From contig CATNEN010000030.1 of NCBI GenBank assembly GCA_950097015.1, forward strand, positions 868,001 through 932,000: DNA of 64,000 nucleotides, read 5' to 3'. This document shows, piece by piece, positions 22,355-33,740 of this stretch; position 1 is the first letter of the stretch; each line of letters opens with the position of its first letter. The notes under the pieces were generated by a model. The model saw only the letters and a program-made list of their open reading frames with translations. It made no database searches and was not told where the DNA came from. Made by a program: the position numbers and the translations under genes. The DNA comes from Macrostomum hystrix (lineage: Eukaryota > Animalia > Platyhelminthes).

Positions 22355-24200
22355 CAACAAGAATCGAGTCAATATTCTTGGTTCTTCGACTTTATGAATC
22401 TAGTCAATAGTCTTGGTTCTTCGACTTTATGAATCTAGTCAATAGTCTTGGTTCTTCGACTTTATGAATCTAGTCAATAGTCTTGGTTCGTCGACTTCTT
22501 GAATCTAGTCAATAGTCTTGGTTCGTCGACTTTATGAATCGAGTCAATAGTCTTGGTTCGTCGACTTTATGAATCTAGTCAATAGTCTTGGTTCGTCGAC
22601 TTCTTGAATCTAGTCAATAGTCTTGGTTCGTCGACTTTATGAATCGAGTCAATAGTCTTGGTTCGTCGACTTCTTGAATCTAGTCAATAGTCTTGGTTCG
22701 TCGACTTTATGAATCCAGTTGAAATTCTTGGTTCGTCGACTTTATGAATCCAGTTGACATTCTTGGTTCGTCGACTTTATGAATCCAGTTGACATTCTTG
22801 GTTCGTCGACTTTATGAATCCAGTTGACATTCTTGGTTCGTCGACTTTATGAATCCAGTTGACATTCTTGGTTCGTCGACTTCTTGAATCTAGTCAATAG
22901 TCTTAGTTCGTCGACTTTATGAATCCAGTTGACATTCTTCATTCGTCGACTTTATGAATCGAGTTGACATTCTTGATTCGTCGACTTTATGAATCGAGTC
23001 AATATTCTTGGTTCGTCGACTTCTTGAATCTAGTCAATAGTCTTGGTTCGTCGACTTTATGAATCGAGTCAATAGTCTTGGTTCGTCGACTTCTTGAATC
23101 TAGTCAATAGTCTTGGTTCGTCGACTTTATGAATCCAGTTGACATTCTTGGTTCGTCGACTTTATGAATCCAGTTGACATTCTTGGTTCGTCGACTTCTT
23201 GAATCTAGTCAATAGTCTTAGTTCGTCGACTTTATGAATCGAGTTGACATTCTTGATTCGTCGACTTCTTGAATCTAGTCAATATTCTTTGTTCGTCGAC
23301 TTCTTGAATCGAGTCAATATTCTTGGTTCTTCGAATTTATGAATCCAGTTGACATTCTTGGTTCGTCGACTTTATGAATCCAGTTGACATTCTTGATTCG
23401 TTGACTTTATGAATCCAGTTGACATTCTTGATTCGTCGACTTTATGAATCCAGTTGAAATTCTTGGTTCGTCGACTTTATTAATCGAGTCAATATTCTTG
23501 GTTCTTCGACTTTATGAATCGAGTCAATATTCTTGGTTCGTCGACTTTATGAATCCAGTTGACATTCTTGGTTCGTCGACTTTATGAATCGAGTTGACAT
23601 TCTTGGTTCTTCGACTTTATGAATCTAGTCAATATTCTTGGTTCTTCGAATTTATGAATCTAGTCAATATTCTTGGTTCTTCGAATTTATAAATCCAGTT
23701 GACATTCTTGGTTCGTCGACTTTATGAATCGAGTTGACATTCTTGGTTCTTCGACTTTTAGAATCGAGTTGACATTCTTGATTCGTCGAATTTATAAATC
23801 CAGTTGACATTCTTGGTTCTTCGACTTTTAGAATCGAGTTGACATTCTTGATTCGTCGAATTTATAAATCCAGTTGACATTCTTGGTTCTTCGACTTTTA
23901 GAATCGAGTTGACATTCTTGGTTCGTCGACTTTATGAATCTAGTCAATATTCTTGGTTCTTCGACTTTATGAATCTAGTCAATATTCTTGGTTCGTCGAC
24001 TTTATGAATCTAGTCAATAGTCTTGGTTCTTCGACTTTATGAATCTAGTCAATATTCTTGGTTCTTCGACTTTATGAATCTAGTCAATATTCTTGGTTCT
24101 TCGACTTTATGAATCTAGTCAATATTCTTGGTTCTTCGACTTTATGAATCTAGTCAATAGTCTTGGTTCGTCGACTTCTGGAATCGAGTTACTCTTGGTT
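22355..24200. repeat. Minisatellite, 35 bp unit (GAATCTAGTCAATAGTCTTGGTTCGTCGACTTTAT and variant GAATCCAGTTGACATTCTTGG...), ~52 copies
   Basis: Tandem copies with two interspersed variants; between SARDH and LRRC74. Confidence 0.95.
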
Positions 24201-25105
24201 CGTCTAATTCATAAATCGAGACAATATTCATCATTTATAAAAAAAATTTGACAAGGCAACATGATTGATTCGTCCACTTTTCAAATAATATCATTTTACG
24301 AGTAGAAATTACAGTTTTTTCGAGTTTTAATCACTGAAGCGGCAGAATTAAATTAAGCCGAAATTTTCGTTTCGTTAATAATGATGCGCTTTTAAAAAGA
24401 AAAGATTTTCGTTTCGTTTTATGTTTTCGTCCTAGACAGCTAGTCCGCTATATAACAAATATATTTGCGTGCCATGCTTAATTATAGTAATGGTAGAGTT
24501 TAAGAGGCTGGGGACAACCCATTGTATTGCGGCTGAGGTATAGAGAGCCTCTTGTCTGAGGCATGCGGCTTTAATGATCAGTTTATTGTAGTTATGGCCT
24601 AGGCCAATAGATCATACGAGTATGTAGAGTTTGTGTACTAGTAGTCTAGAGGCCAGAGCCAAAGATTATAAAAGCAGTCAGCAGACTATAAAGGTCTAGA
24701 GCCCGACAGCTACTGTCAAACCAGCTCAAACCCTCCTCAACTTACTGCCAACCCCAGTTCCTCACCTCATGGTGCATATTGGTTGCCAGGGCCGGTGCCT
24801 GCCCAATCCTTCCACCCTTCTCTCTCTCTCTCTCTCTCGCAAATCTGTGCAAAGAAGAGTTCTTCTCTGTGTGAGAGAGAGAGACCCTTAATGGCATTGC
24901 ATTTCTCGTCAGAGGTACGGCTTTTCATTATAAAAAAAGAAAAGAAAACTGCACTCGCGCAAAAAGCTGATAGAGAAAAGAATTAAGAGGCTTGTGTAAG
25001 GTTGGCAAGCATCGTCTTGGCCGAAACCAGACTCACTCGGGACCGAAACTTCGTTCGAGTTTCGAATCTCTCAGCTATAACTTGGCCGTTGGTCGGAACC
25101 ATAGG

Positions 25106-28100
25106 ATGACATCAGCTGTGGACAGTCTGGTGCAGGACAGCGGACTAGAAGCGGCGTCCGGCGAGGGTCAATCCGGCCTAGTTGGCATGGAGACCGGTCA
25201 CGACGAAGCGAAGACGCCTCCGCCGGCGCCGGCTTCAGCGGCCTTCATGACGGAGACGCCGGCGGAGGGGAGCGGCGAAGGAGAAGAGCGCGACGCCGAG
25301 GTTTGTGTTGATTTTGAGTTGGGATAACGCTATATTGAATACAAAATCGGCAAAAACTGATCTTTTGAGACAATGGGATCAAAGATAGATGGATCAGTGA
25401 TAGTGGGATCAGAATGAGTGGGGTCAGAATGAGTGGGATCAGAGATTGTGGGATCAGAATGAGTGGTGTCAGAATGAGTGGGACCAGAGATTGTGGGATC
25501 AAAGAGAGTGGGATCAGAGATTGTGGGATCAGAATGAGTGGTGTCAGAGATTGTGGGATCAGAATGAGTGGGATCAAAGAGAGTGGGATCAGAGATTGTG
25601 GGATCAGAATGAGTGGGATCAAAGAGAGTTGGATCTGAATGAGTTGGATCAAAGAGAGTGGGATCAGAATTAGTGGGATCAAGGATTGTGGGATCAGAAT
25701 GAGTGGGATCAAAGAGAGTTGGATCTGAATGAGTTGGATCAAAGAGAGTGGGATCAGAATTAGTGGGATCAGAGATTGTGGGATCAGAATGAGTGGGATC
25801 AAAGAGAGTGGGATCAGAGATTGTGGGATCAGAATGAGTGGGATCAAAGAGAGTTGGATCTGAATGAGTTGGATCAAAGAGAGTGGGATCAGAATTAGTG
25901 GGATCAAGGATTGTGGGATCAGAATGAGTGGGATCAAAGAGAGTTGGATCTGAATGAGTTGGATCAAAGAGAGTGGGATCAGAATTAGTGGGATCAAGGA
26001 TTGTGGGATCAAGGATAGTGAAATCAAGGAGAGTGGGATTAAGGATAGTGGGATCAAATATAGGGTATCAGAGATTGTGGGATCACAGATCAGAGAGAAT
26101 AAGGTCAGAGGTTATAAAAAAGTGGGATCAAAAAGAAAATGTGGGGGATTGTAGAGGATAGGATAAGTTTACGTAGAGAAACAGAACAGAAAATCTCACA
26201 TCTGCGATTCCTTGGGCCCCTAAAAACTTTGAAGGCCCATCCAGACGAGCCCCATCCACACAGCGACTTGGACACCATCCAGGAGGACACCACGCTAGAG
26301 AAGGCCGAGGAGGAGGATGACGCGGCCGAAGATGCAGACGATGCCGAGGCTGACGAAGTGCCGCCTCCGGCAGCTCCGTCCGAGGTCGCCGAGTCGCGGC
26401 CGGGCAGTCGTCGCAGCTTGAAGCCGCCCTCCGCCTCGGCCGATCGGGTCAGGCGCGAGCCGACGATCGAGTCGCTGCTGGAGAACGAAGAGCTCTGGGA
26501 CACGGACCTAGAGGACGAATTCCCCGAGGCCGCGCACGCTGCCGACCTGCACGACACCACCGGCCGGAGTCTGTACCGCAGCTTCTGCGAGCGCCTAGGC
26601 ACCGTGCCAGTGAAGTACTTCCTTAAGCACATCACGGACACGAAGCTCGTGATGCGCTATCACGGCTTGGGTCCCATTGGCACCCGGGCCATCGCCAAGC
26701 CGCTGTCAATCAACCTGACCATCACTGTGCTGGACCTCACCGGCAACTGGATGGAGCCGGAGGGCGGCCTGGCCATGGCCAAGATGCTGGAGGAGAACAG
26801 CTACATCACCCAGCTGTCCCTGGCCGATAACAAGCTGTGCGCCGAGGGCGCGGCCCAGATCTGCCGGGTGCTGCAGTCGAACAGCGCCTCGGTGGCCCAG
26901 TTGTCGCTGGCTGGCAACGAAATCGGCGACTCGGCCGCCGACGCGCTCTTCGACATGCTGGCGAACAACCGGACTTTGGTGACGCTCGATCTGTCGCGTA
27001 ACCGTCTCGGCAGCGATGCGGCCGCTCGCCTGGGCGCCGGCATCGCCCTCAACGACTATCTGGAGGAGCTGGATCTCAGCGGCAACTGGATCTCCGGCCA
27101 GGGCGCCGTGGAGCTGGCTCAGGGCATTCGGGAGAGCTTCCGGTTGAAAAAGTGCAACCTGGCCTGGAACGGCTTGGCCGAGGAGGGCGGCCGCGCTGTC
27201 GCCGACATGCTTCGCGGCAACCAGGCTCTGCAGGAGCTCAACATCGAGGGCAACCGGCTTAACGATGTCGCCGCGGTTGCTATTGGCAACGCGGTTGCCG
27301 GCAACGAGACTCTGCTGGAGCTGCGCATGGGCAACAATTTTCTGTACACCACCGCGCTGCTGCAGGTAAGCCATGGTACTTGCACCTGCTTCTACTTACT
27401 TTAAAACGATTGAATTTAGTCGAAATTTATGCCGAAATTTACTCAGAATCAGCTCAATCTACTCAAGCTACTCAGAATCAGCTCAATCTATTGAGAATCT
27501 ATCCAGTTCAGAATCCGAAATCTGCTCAATCTACTCAGAATCAGCTCAATCTATTGAGAATCTATCCAGTTCAGAATCCGAAATCTGCTCAATCTACTCA
27601 GAATCTGGTCAATCTTCTTAGAATTTGCTCAATCTACTCAGAATCAGCTCAATCTACTCCGCAATCTGCTCAATCTACTTAGTATCTGGTCAATCTTCTT
27701 AGAATCTACTCCATCTACTCAGAATCTACTCGGAATATATACTCAGATTCTACCAAGCATTTATCCAAAATCTACTCAGAAATCTTCTCAATCTATTGAG
27801 AATCTATCCAGTCCAGAATCTACTGAAAATGAACTCAATCTACTCCTAATCTAATCGGAATATACTCAGATTCTACTCAATCTACTCAGAATCTATCCAG
27901 AATCTAATCAATCTACTCCGAAATTTACTCAAAATATACTTAATCTACGAGCGTACTACTCCAACTCGTACTCTAGAATCACCACAACCCAAGTTAGCTA
28001 GATACAGCCCTTTAAACCTACCGAAATAAACTAACCCCTGCCGCTGCCAGGTGGTGAAGGCCATCGTGTCTTCCGAGACAACGCCGCTAACCTTCCTATC

Positions 28101-28533
28101 ATTCAAAGACATCCCGGTTGAGTACGAGTTCGTCAAGACGGTCGAACAGCAGATGCGTAGAATCAGCCGCGACTTCCGCTGCGAGCATGGCCCGGTGCTC
28201 CGGGTCGGCAACACTCGGGACGATTTGAAAAAGCCGGCCATAGACATTAGGAGCCCGATTGTGCTACTGCGCGAGCACATTCTCATCAACGATTTCAGAT
28301 TCGTCGAACGCCTGGCAGCTTTGGACGGCCAGGGCACTGGCACAGTGACGCTGGATCAGTTCGCGGCTGTCATGGACGAGATGAAGATACCCTACTATCG
28401 CAGCCAGCTACCTGAGATGGTGGCCAAGCTGGACAAACTGGGCAATGGCAGCATCTACTATGCGGACTTCATGCCGCCTGAGAGACCCAGGAGGGAGTCG
28501 GCCATGATAAGGTCGCGCGGAGCCTTGACTTGA
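25106..28533 (+). CDS. LRRC74: LRRC74-like leucine-rich repeat protein with a C-terminal EF-hand-like region (602 aa, 3 exons)
   Basis: Exons 25106-25300, 26235-27365, 28051-28533, all phase 0, GT-AG. LYRSFCERLGTVPVKYF...YHGLGPIGTRAIA followed by RNI-like LRRs matches LRRC74A/B as recalled; DGQGTGTVTLDQF and DKLGNGSIYYADF are EF-hand-like. Confidence 0.85.
25375..26130. repeat. Intronic minisatellite, 15 bp unit (GGGATCAGAATGAGT and variants), LRRC74 intron 1
   Basis: Tandem copies; explains the LIPLS ORFs. Confidence 0.95.
27435..27950. repeat. Degenerate intronic minisatellite (CTCAATCTACTCAGAATC core), LRRC74 intron 2
   Basis: Imperfect tandem copies. Confidence 0.85.
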
Positions 28534-28611
28534 GGCTAGTGGCATTGTACAATATTCTAATATTAACTGAGTAGGACTAATCAGGCTTTTACGAATGTGT
28601 TCTGAATGTTG

Positions 28612-28932
28612 TAGCAGAGGTTGTAGCCTAGTGGTTAGGGCGTCGGACTCACGACTTGAAGGTCGGGGGTTCGATTCCCGACTCCCCTGAACAATTTGTG
28701 TCCTTTAGCAAGACACTTAACTCTGCATTGCTTCAGTTCACCCAGCTGTTAAATGGGTACCAGCAGCAGCTGGGATAATTGAAGGTGGGTGTGGCGTCCC
28801 CCCAGTCCATGGACTGAACAGCTGTACGCAGCCTTCAGATGCGCCGCGCATTAGCTGCGGCTGTGCTGTCGGCTGCACATCTGACCCAATTGGGGCAGGT
28901 GTAATCAATTATTATTATTATTATTATTATTA
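28612..28932 (+). mobile_element. Full-length tRNA-derived CORE-like SINE (family 1)
   Basis: A box TAGCCTAGTGG, B box GGTTCGATTCC, central GTGTCCTTTAGCAAGACACTTAAC...CCCAGCTGTTAAATGGGTAC domain, (TTA)n tail; 11-bp TSD TCTGAATGTTG at 28601-28611 and 28933-28943. Confidence 0.9.
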
Positions 28933-29296
28933 TCTGAATGTTGAATTTTGATTGGTTCGCAAATTGGAATTCCGGATTTTAGTCACGTCAGGACTTGATT
29001 TTTATTGTAGAAAGACTCAAATATCCACATTTTTTTCTGTATCAACAAGTCGTCATGAAAATTTAGAACACGGCCTAAAATTTTCCACTCTATCAGATGA
29101 AACAACTTCCAGAATGGCAGAACGTCGGCATCGTCGAGAAATTCAACTATTCTCGGCGGGGTGTCTGTTGGCAAAAACCACTAATACGAGTATAGTCTTA
29201 AATTTTCTGCTCACAAAATTTCATTGGGGATTATATTGTTCATTTATATATTACTGAGCCAATTAAACATTCAGACGGAGGTTGCAGTCTTGTGGA

Positions 29297-29560
29297 TTCG
29301 CGACTTGAAGGTCGGGGGTTCGATTCCTGACTCCACTGGAACAATTTGTATCCTTTAGCAAGACACTTAACTCTGCATTGCTTCAGTTCACACAGCTGTT
29401 AAATGGGTACCAGCATTAGGTGGGGTAATTGAGGGTGGGGCGTCCCCCCAGTCCATGGACTGAACAGCCGTACGCAGCCTTCAGATGCGCCGCGCAATAG
29501 CTGCGGCTGTGCTGTCGGCTGCACGTCTGTCAAAATCGGGGCCAGGTGTAATCAATTGTT
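29297..29560 (+). mobile_element. 5'-truncated copy of SINE family 1
   Basis: High similarity to 28640-28910. Confidence 0.9.
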
Positions 29561-29589
29561 TTTTTATTTTATAACTATTTTTACTGATG

Positions 29590-29848
29590 AACCGATATGG
29601 ATTGGCCATAGATAATATGGATTGGCCATAGATAATATGGATTGGCCATAGATAATATGGATTGGCCATAGATAATATGGATTGGCCATAGATAATATGG
29701 ATTGGCCATAGATAGTATGGATTGGCCATAGATAATATGGATTGGCCATAGATAATATGGATTGGCCATAGATAATATGGATTGGCCATAGATAATATGG
29801 ATTGGCCATAGATAATATGGATTGGCCATAGATAATATGGATTGGCCG
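29590..29848. repeat. Minisatellite, 20 bp unit (GATAATATGGATTGGCCATA), ~13 copies
   Basis: Tandem copies. Confidence 0.95.
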
Positions 29849-30025
29849 CTGCATATCTCGACGATGCTGACGTCGAACGGCTTTGAAAGGTAGTTTTCAT
29901 CGTAAAGGACGGAAAGTAGATTTTGAATTGGTGGACTTTCACGAAAATCGGTCATTCGGTTTGGGAGCTGTCGTGAAGTAGGCAGTGGGTATTTGAAATA
30001 CCCTTGTGGTCTTTCCACATGGATA
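29848..30025 (-). mobile_element. Unclassified dispersed repeat (copy 1); related copies at ~38055-38230 (opposite strand), ~47040-47135 and, more diverged, ~28960-29165
   Basis: CACGAAAATCGGTCATT(C/T)GGTTTGGGAGCTG...TAGGCAGTGGG.ATTTGAAATA shared with 47045-47110; CAAAGCCGT.CGA.GTCAGCATCGT shared with 38170-38195. Confidence 0.65.
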
Positions 30026-30369
30026 AAATGACATGGTATTTCCTGTTAGTTTGCCCACTTTCTTTTGTTTTTTTGTAAAAACTTTGTTGAGTTTAAATTA
30101 ACTTATCAATTAGAGGCAGATTTTCAGTCTGTTAGTGGCTACCATCTGTCTTATTTTTTACTTTTTAATAATCAAACGGTCTTTTTCGTTTTTCGTTACT
30201 TTACTGTGATGGCAAGAATAATGCCTAGCTAAAGCTGAATTTTTCTTTGCAATGCAGCAAAACTTTCTTTCTTGTTTGCATGTAGCAAATACTCGATTTT
30301 AGGGTCATTCGATTCTTATTATTCTGCAGTTCCTTGATCAAGATCTGATTCCATGATGGAGCTCTGTGT

Positions 30370-30885
30370 GTGCACTTTTAGGACGGAGCTAGCAATTGGT
30401 GTGCACTTTTATGGCGGAGCTAGCAATTGGTGTGCACTTTTATGGCGGAGCTAGCAATGGGTGTGCACTTTTATGGCGGAGCTAGCAATGGGTGTGCACT
30501 TTCAGGGCGGAGCTAGCAATGGGTGTGCACTTTTATGGCGGAGCTAGCAATTGGTGTGCACTTTTATGGCGGAGCTAGCAGTGGGTGTGCACTTTTAGGG
30601 CCGAGCTAGCAATTGGTGTACACTTTTATGGCGGAGCTAGCAATTGGTGTGCACTTTTATGGCGGAGCTAGCAATTGGTGTGCACTTTTATGGCGGAGCT
30701 AGCAATTGGTGTGCACTTTTATGGCGGAGCTAGCAATGGGTGTGCACTTTTATGGCGGAGCTAGCAATTGGTGTGCACTTTTATGGCGGAGCTAGCAATT
30801 GGTGTGCACTTTTATGGCGGAGCTAGCAATGGGTGTGCACTTTTAGGGCCGAGCTAGCAGTGGGTGTGCACTTTTAGGACACAAC
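30370..30885. repeat. Minisatellite, 31 bp unit (GGCGGAGCTAGCAATTGGTGTGCACTTTTAT), ~16 copies
   Basis: Tandem copies. Confidence 0.95.
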
Positions 30886-32029
30886 TAGAAAATCAGGTGA
30901 TGCCCAGTCTTGCAAGTCGAGGACAAATTGGTAAAAAAGCTGAAGTTACGTTTTACAGGAGTTTAGCAGACTCCACAGTCCATGGACTGAACAGGTGTAC
31001 TCAAAATTTGGACTAAATGTAATTTCTATTAAATGTTAATTTATCTCAAGTCATGATTATACCACTTCGAGAAGTAGTCAAATAGGGAGTATGAAGAGTA
31101 TAAGAATTAAAAGGGAAAGTAACACAGGGGAAAATTTTCAATGAAAATCGGATCTGGAGTAAAAATATTATTTATATCGGAGAATTTTAGAACAAAGCTC
31201 AGACATGGGATGTTTGAGTAACGCCTGTCAATGTAGGTGTTCTCAACTTATCAGAACATATAAGAACCAGTTCTAGCTTAGCTGCTAGTGCATTTTTTCG
31301 GCAAATGTAGCCTTTTCATTTTACGAATTTATATTTCGTAGGCGTGCTTTACCGGCCGAATGGAAATTGTAGCCATTTTTTTCTTGTTCACCTCGACTTA
31401 ATGCGGCTCGCACAAGCTGCATTTGAGCGCTGCTAATGCCAAAAATAACTGTCGTAGGATTCCGGCCACCAGCCCCTGCCGCCCCCACCCCGCTGCCTTG
31501 GCTCCCGGTCACGGGGAGCAGAAAATCGCGTGTAAGGGAAATGAGCTACCTAAGGGTGACGGTTGCCAAGGTTTGGTCTTGGGGTTGACGCAGCCGATGC
31601 ATAATTCATGTACTAATTCCGGCCCTCATTAGGCCAACGGAGAGACAAGAGTAACCCGGCCCCTGAGTAATATATATTAATATTATTTGAATTAGGAAGG
31701 CACAGGGCGGCACACGCAGGCGTTCGGTGATTACAATGAAGCCAGGCTTGCACCGGTAGCTTCTGTGCGAAACAATTTTTCAGCGGAGTTTAATGCCAAA
31801 CGATTGATTTGACAGCCGATTAACAGCACAGGTATCGGCTCAGAAATCTATTTTGCCTTAACGGTGAGTGATGCTTCAACGGTAGCTGGGCTCCAGACCT
31901 AGTAAGAGGGTTCCAGACCTATTAGAAGGGTTCCAGACCAAGTAGAAGGGTTCCAGATCTAGTAGAAAAGTTCCAGTCCAATTTAGTAGCTTTACGACTT
32001 AGAAATAGGGTTAGCTACAGTATTTAGTT

Positions 32030-33660
32030 TCCAGAACTAGTATTCAGTTTCCAGAACTAGTATTCAGTTTCCAGAACTAGTATTCAGTTTCCAGAACTAG
32101 TATTCAGTTTCAAGAACTAGTATTTAGTTTCCAGAACTAGTATTCAGTTTCAAGAACTAGTATTTAGTTTCCAGAACTAGTATTCAGTTTCCAGAACTAG
32201 TATTCAGTTTCCAGAACTAGTATTCAGTTTCCAGAACTAGTATTCAGTTTCAAGAACTAGTATTTAGTTTCCAGAACTAGTATTCAGTTTCCAGAACTAG
32301 TATTCAGTTTCCAGAACTAGTATTCAGTTTCCAGAACTAGTATTCAGTTTCCAGAACTAGTATTCAGTTTCCAGAACTAGTATTCAGTTTCCAGAACTAG
32401 TATTCAGTTTCCAGAACTAGTATTTAGTTTACAGAACTAGTATTCAGTTTCCAGAACTAGTATTCAGTTTTCAGAACTAGTATTCAGTTTCCAGAACTAG
32501 TATTCAGTTTCCAGAACTAGTATTCAGTTTCCAAAACTAGTATTCAGTTTCCAGAACTAGTATTCAGTTTCCAAAACTAGTATTCAGTTTCCAGAACTAG
32601 TATTCAGTTTCCAGAACTAGTATTCAGTTTCCAGAACTAGTATTCAGTTTCCAGAACTAGTATTCAGTTTCCAGAACTAGTATTCAGTTTCCAGAACTAG
32701 TATTCAGTTTCCAGAACTAGTATTTAGTTTACAGAACTAGTATTCAGTTTCCAGAACTAGTATTCAGTTTTCAGAACTAGTATTTAGTTTACAGAACTAG
32801 TATTCAGTTTCCAGAACTAGTATTCAGTTTCCAGAACTAGTATTCAGTTTCCAAAACTAGTATTCAGTTTCCAGAACTAGTATTCAGTTTCCAGAACTAG
32901 TATTCAGTTTCCAGAACTAGTATTCAGTTTCCAGAACTAGTATTCAGTTTCCAGAACTAGTATTCAGTTTCCAGAACTAGTATTCAGTTTCCAGAACTAG
33001 TATTTAGTTTCCAGAACTAGTATTCAGTTTCCAGAACTAGTATTCAGTTTTCAGAACTAGTATTCAGTTTCCAGAACTAGTATTCAGTTTCCAGAACTAG
33101 TATTCAGTTTCCAAAACTAGTATTCAGTTTTCAGAACTAGTATTCAGTTTCCAGAACTAGTATTTAGTTTCCAGAACTAGTATTCAGTTTCCAGAACTAG
33201 TATTCAGTTTCCAGAACTAGTATTCAGTTTCCAGAACTAGTATTCAGTTTCCAGAACTAGTATTCAGTTTCCAGAACTAGTATTCAGTTTCCAGAACTAG
33301 TATTCAGTTTCCAGAACTAGTATTCAGTTTCCAGAACTAGTATTCAGTTTCCAGAACTAGTATTCAGTTTCCAGAACTAGTATTCAGTTTCCAGAACTAG
33401 TATTCAGTTTCCAGAACTAGTATTCAGTTTCCAGAACTAGTATTCAGTTTCCAGAACTAGTATTCAGTTTCCAGAACTAGTATTCAGTTTCCAGAACTAG
33501 TATTCAGTTTCCAGAACTAGTATTCAGTTTCCAGAACTAGTATTCAGTTTCCAGAACTAGTATTCAGTTTCCAGAACTAGTATTCAGTTTCCAAAACTAG
33601 TATTCAGTTTCCAGAACTAGTATTCAGTTTCCAGAACTAGTATTCAGTTTCCAGAGCTAG
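32030..33660. repeat. Highly homogeneous minisatellite, 20 bp unit (CCAGAACTAGTATTCAGTTT), ~81 copies
   Basis: Tandem copies; diverged precursor-like units at ~31890-31980. Confidence 0.97.
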
Positions 33661-33740
33661 AAATTCGTTTTCAATAATTTTTAAGTATCCCCTCTCGTTG
33701 TTCTTTGTAATTTTATCAGGCAAAAAGGACGGTGCAAATA

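Noticed and set aside
22355-24200. CRISPR-like appearance (35-bp partly palindromic repeats)
   Set aside because: Units are head-to-tail with no unique spacers, there are no cas genes, and the context is eukaryotic
26105-27385. Antisense and alternate-frame ORFs 26105..26641, 26706..27374, 26801..27052 and 27119..27385
   Set aside because: Shadows of the GC-rich LRRC74 exon; the same applies to the overlapping ORFs over SARDH, KRIT1, TRABD, the neuropeptide and 36527-37678
28612-28690. tRNA gene
   Set aside because: A and B boxes are present, but the anticodon stem pairs poorly and the sequence continues into a SINE body with a (TTA)n tail and TSD
29481-30018. Minus-strand ORFs with unique N-termini running into (YYLWPIHIIYGQSILSMANP)n
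   Set aside because: The unique parts are the dispersed repeat and the rest is the 20-bp array; no splice donor at the boundary
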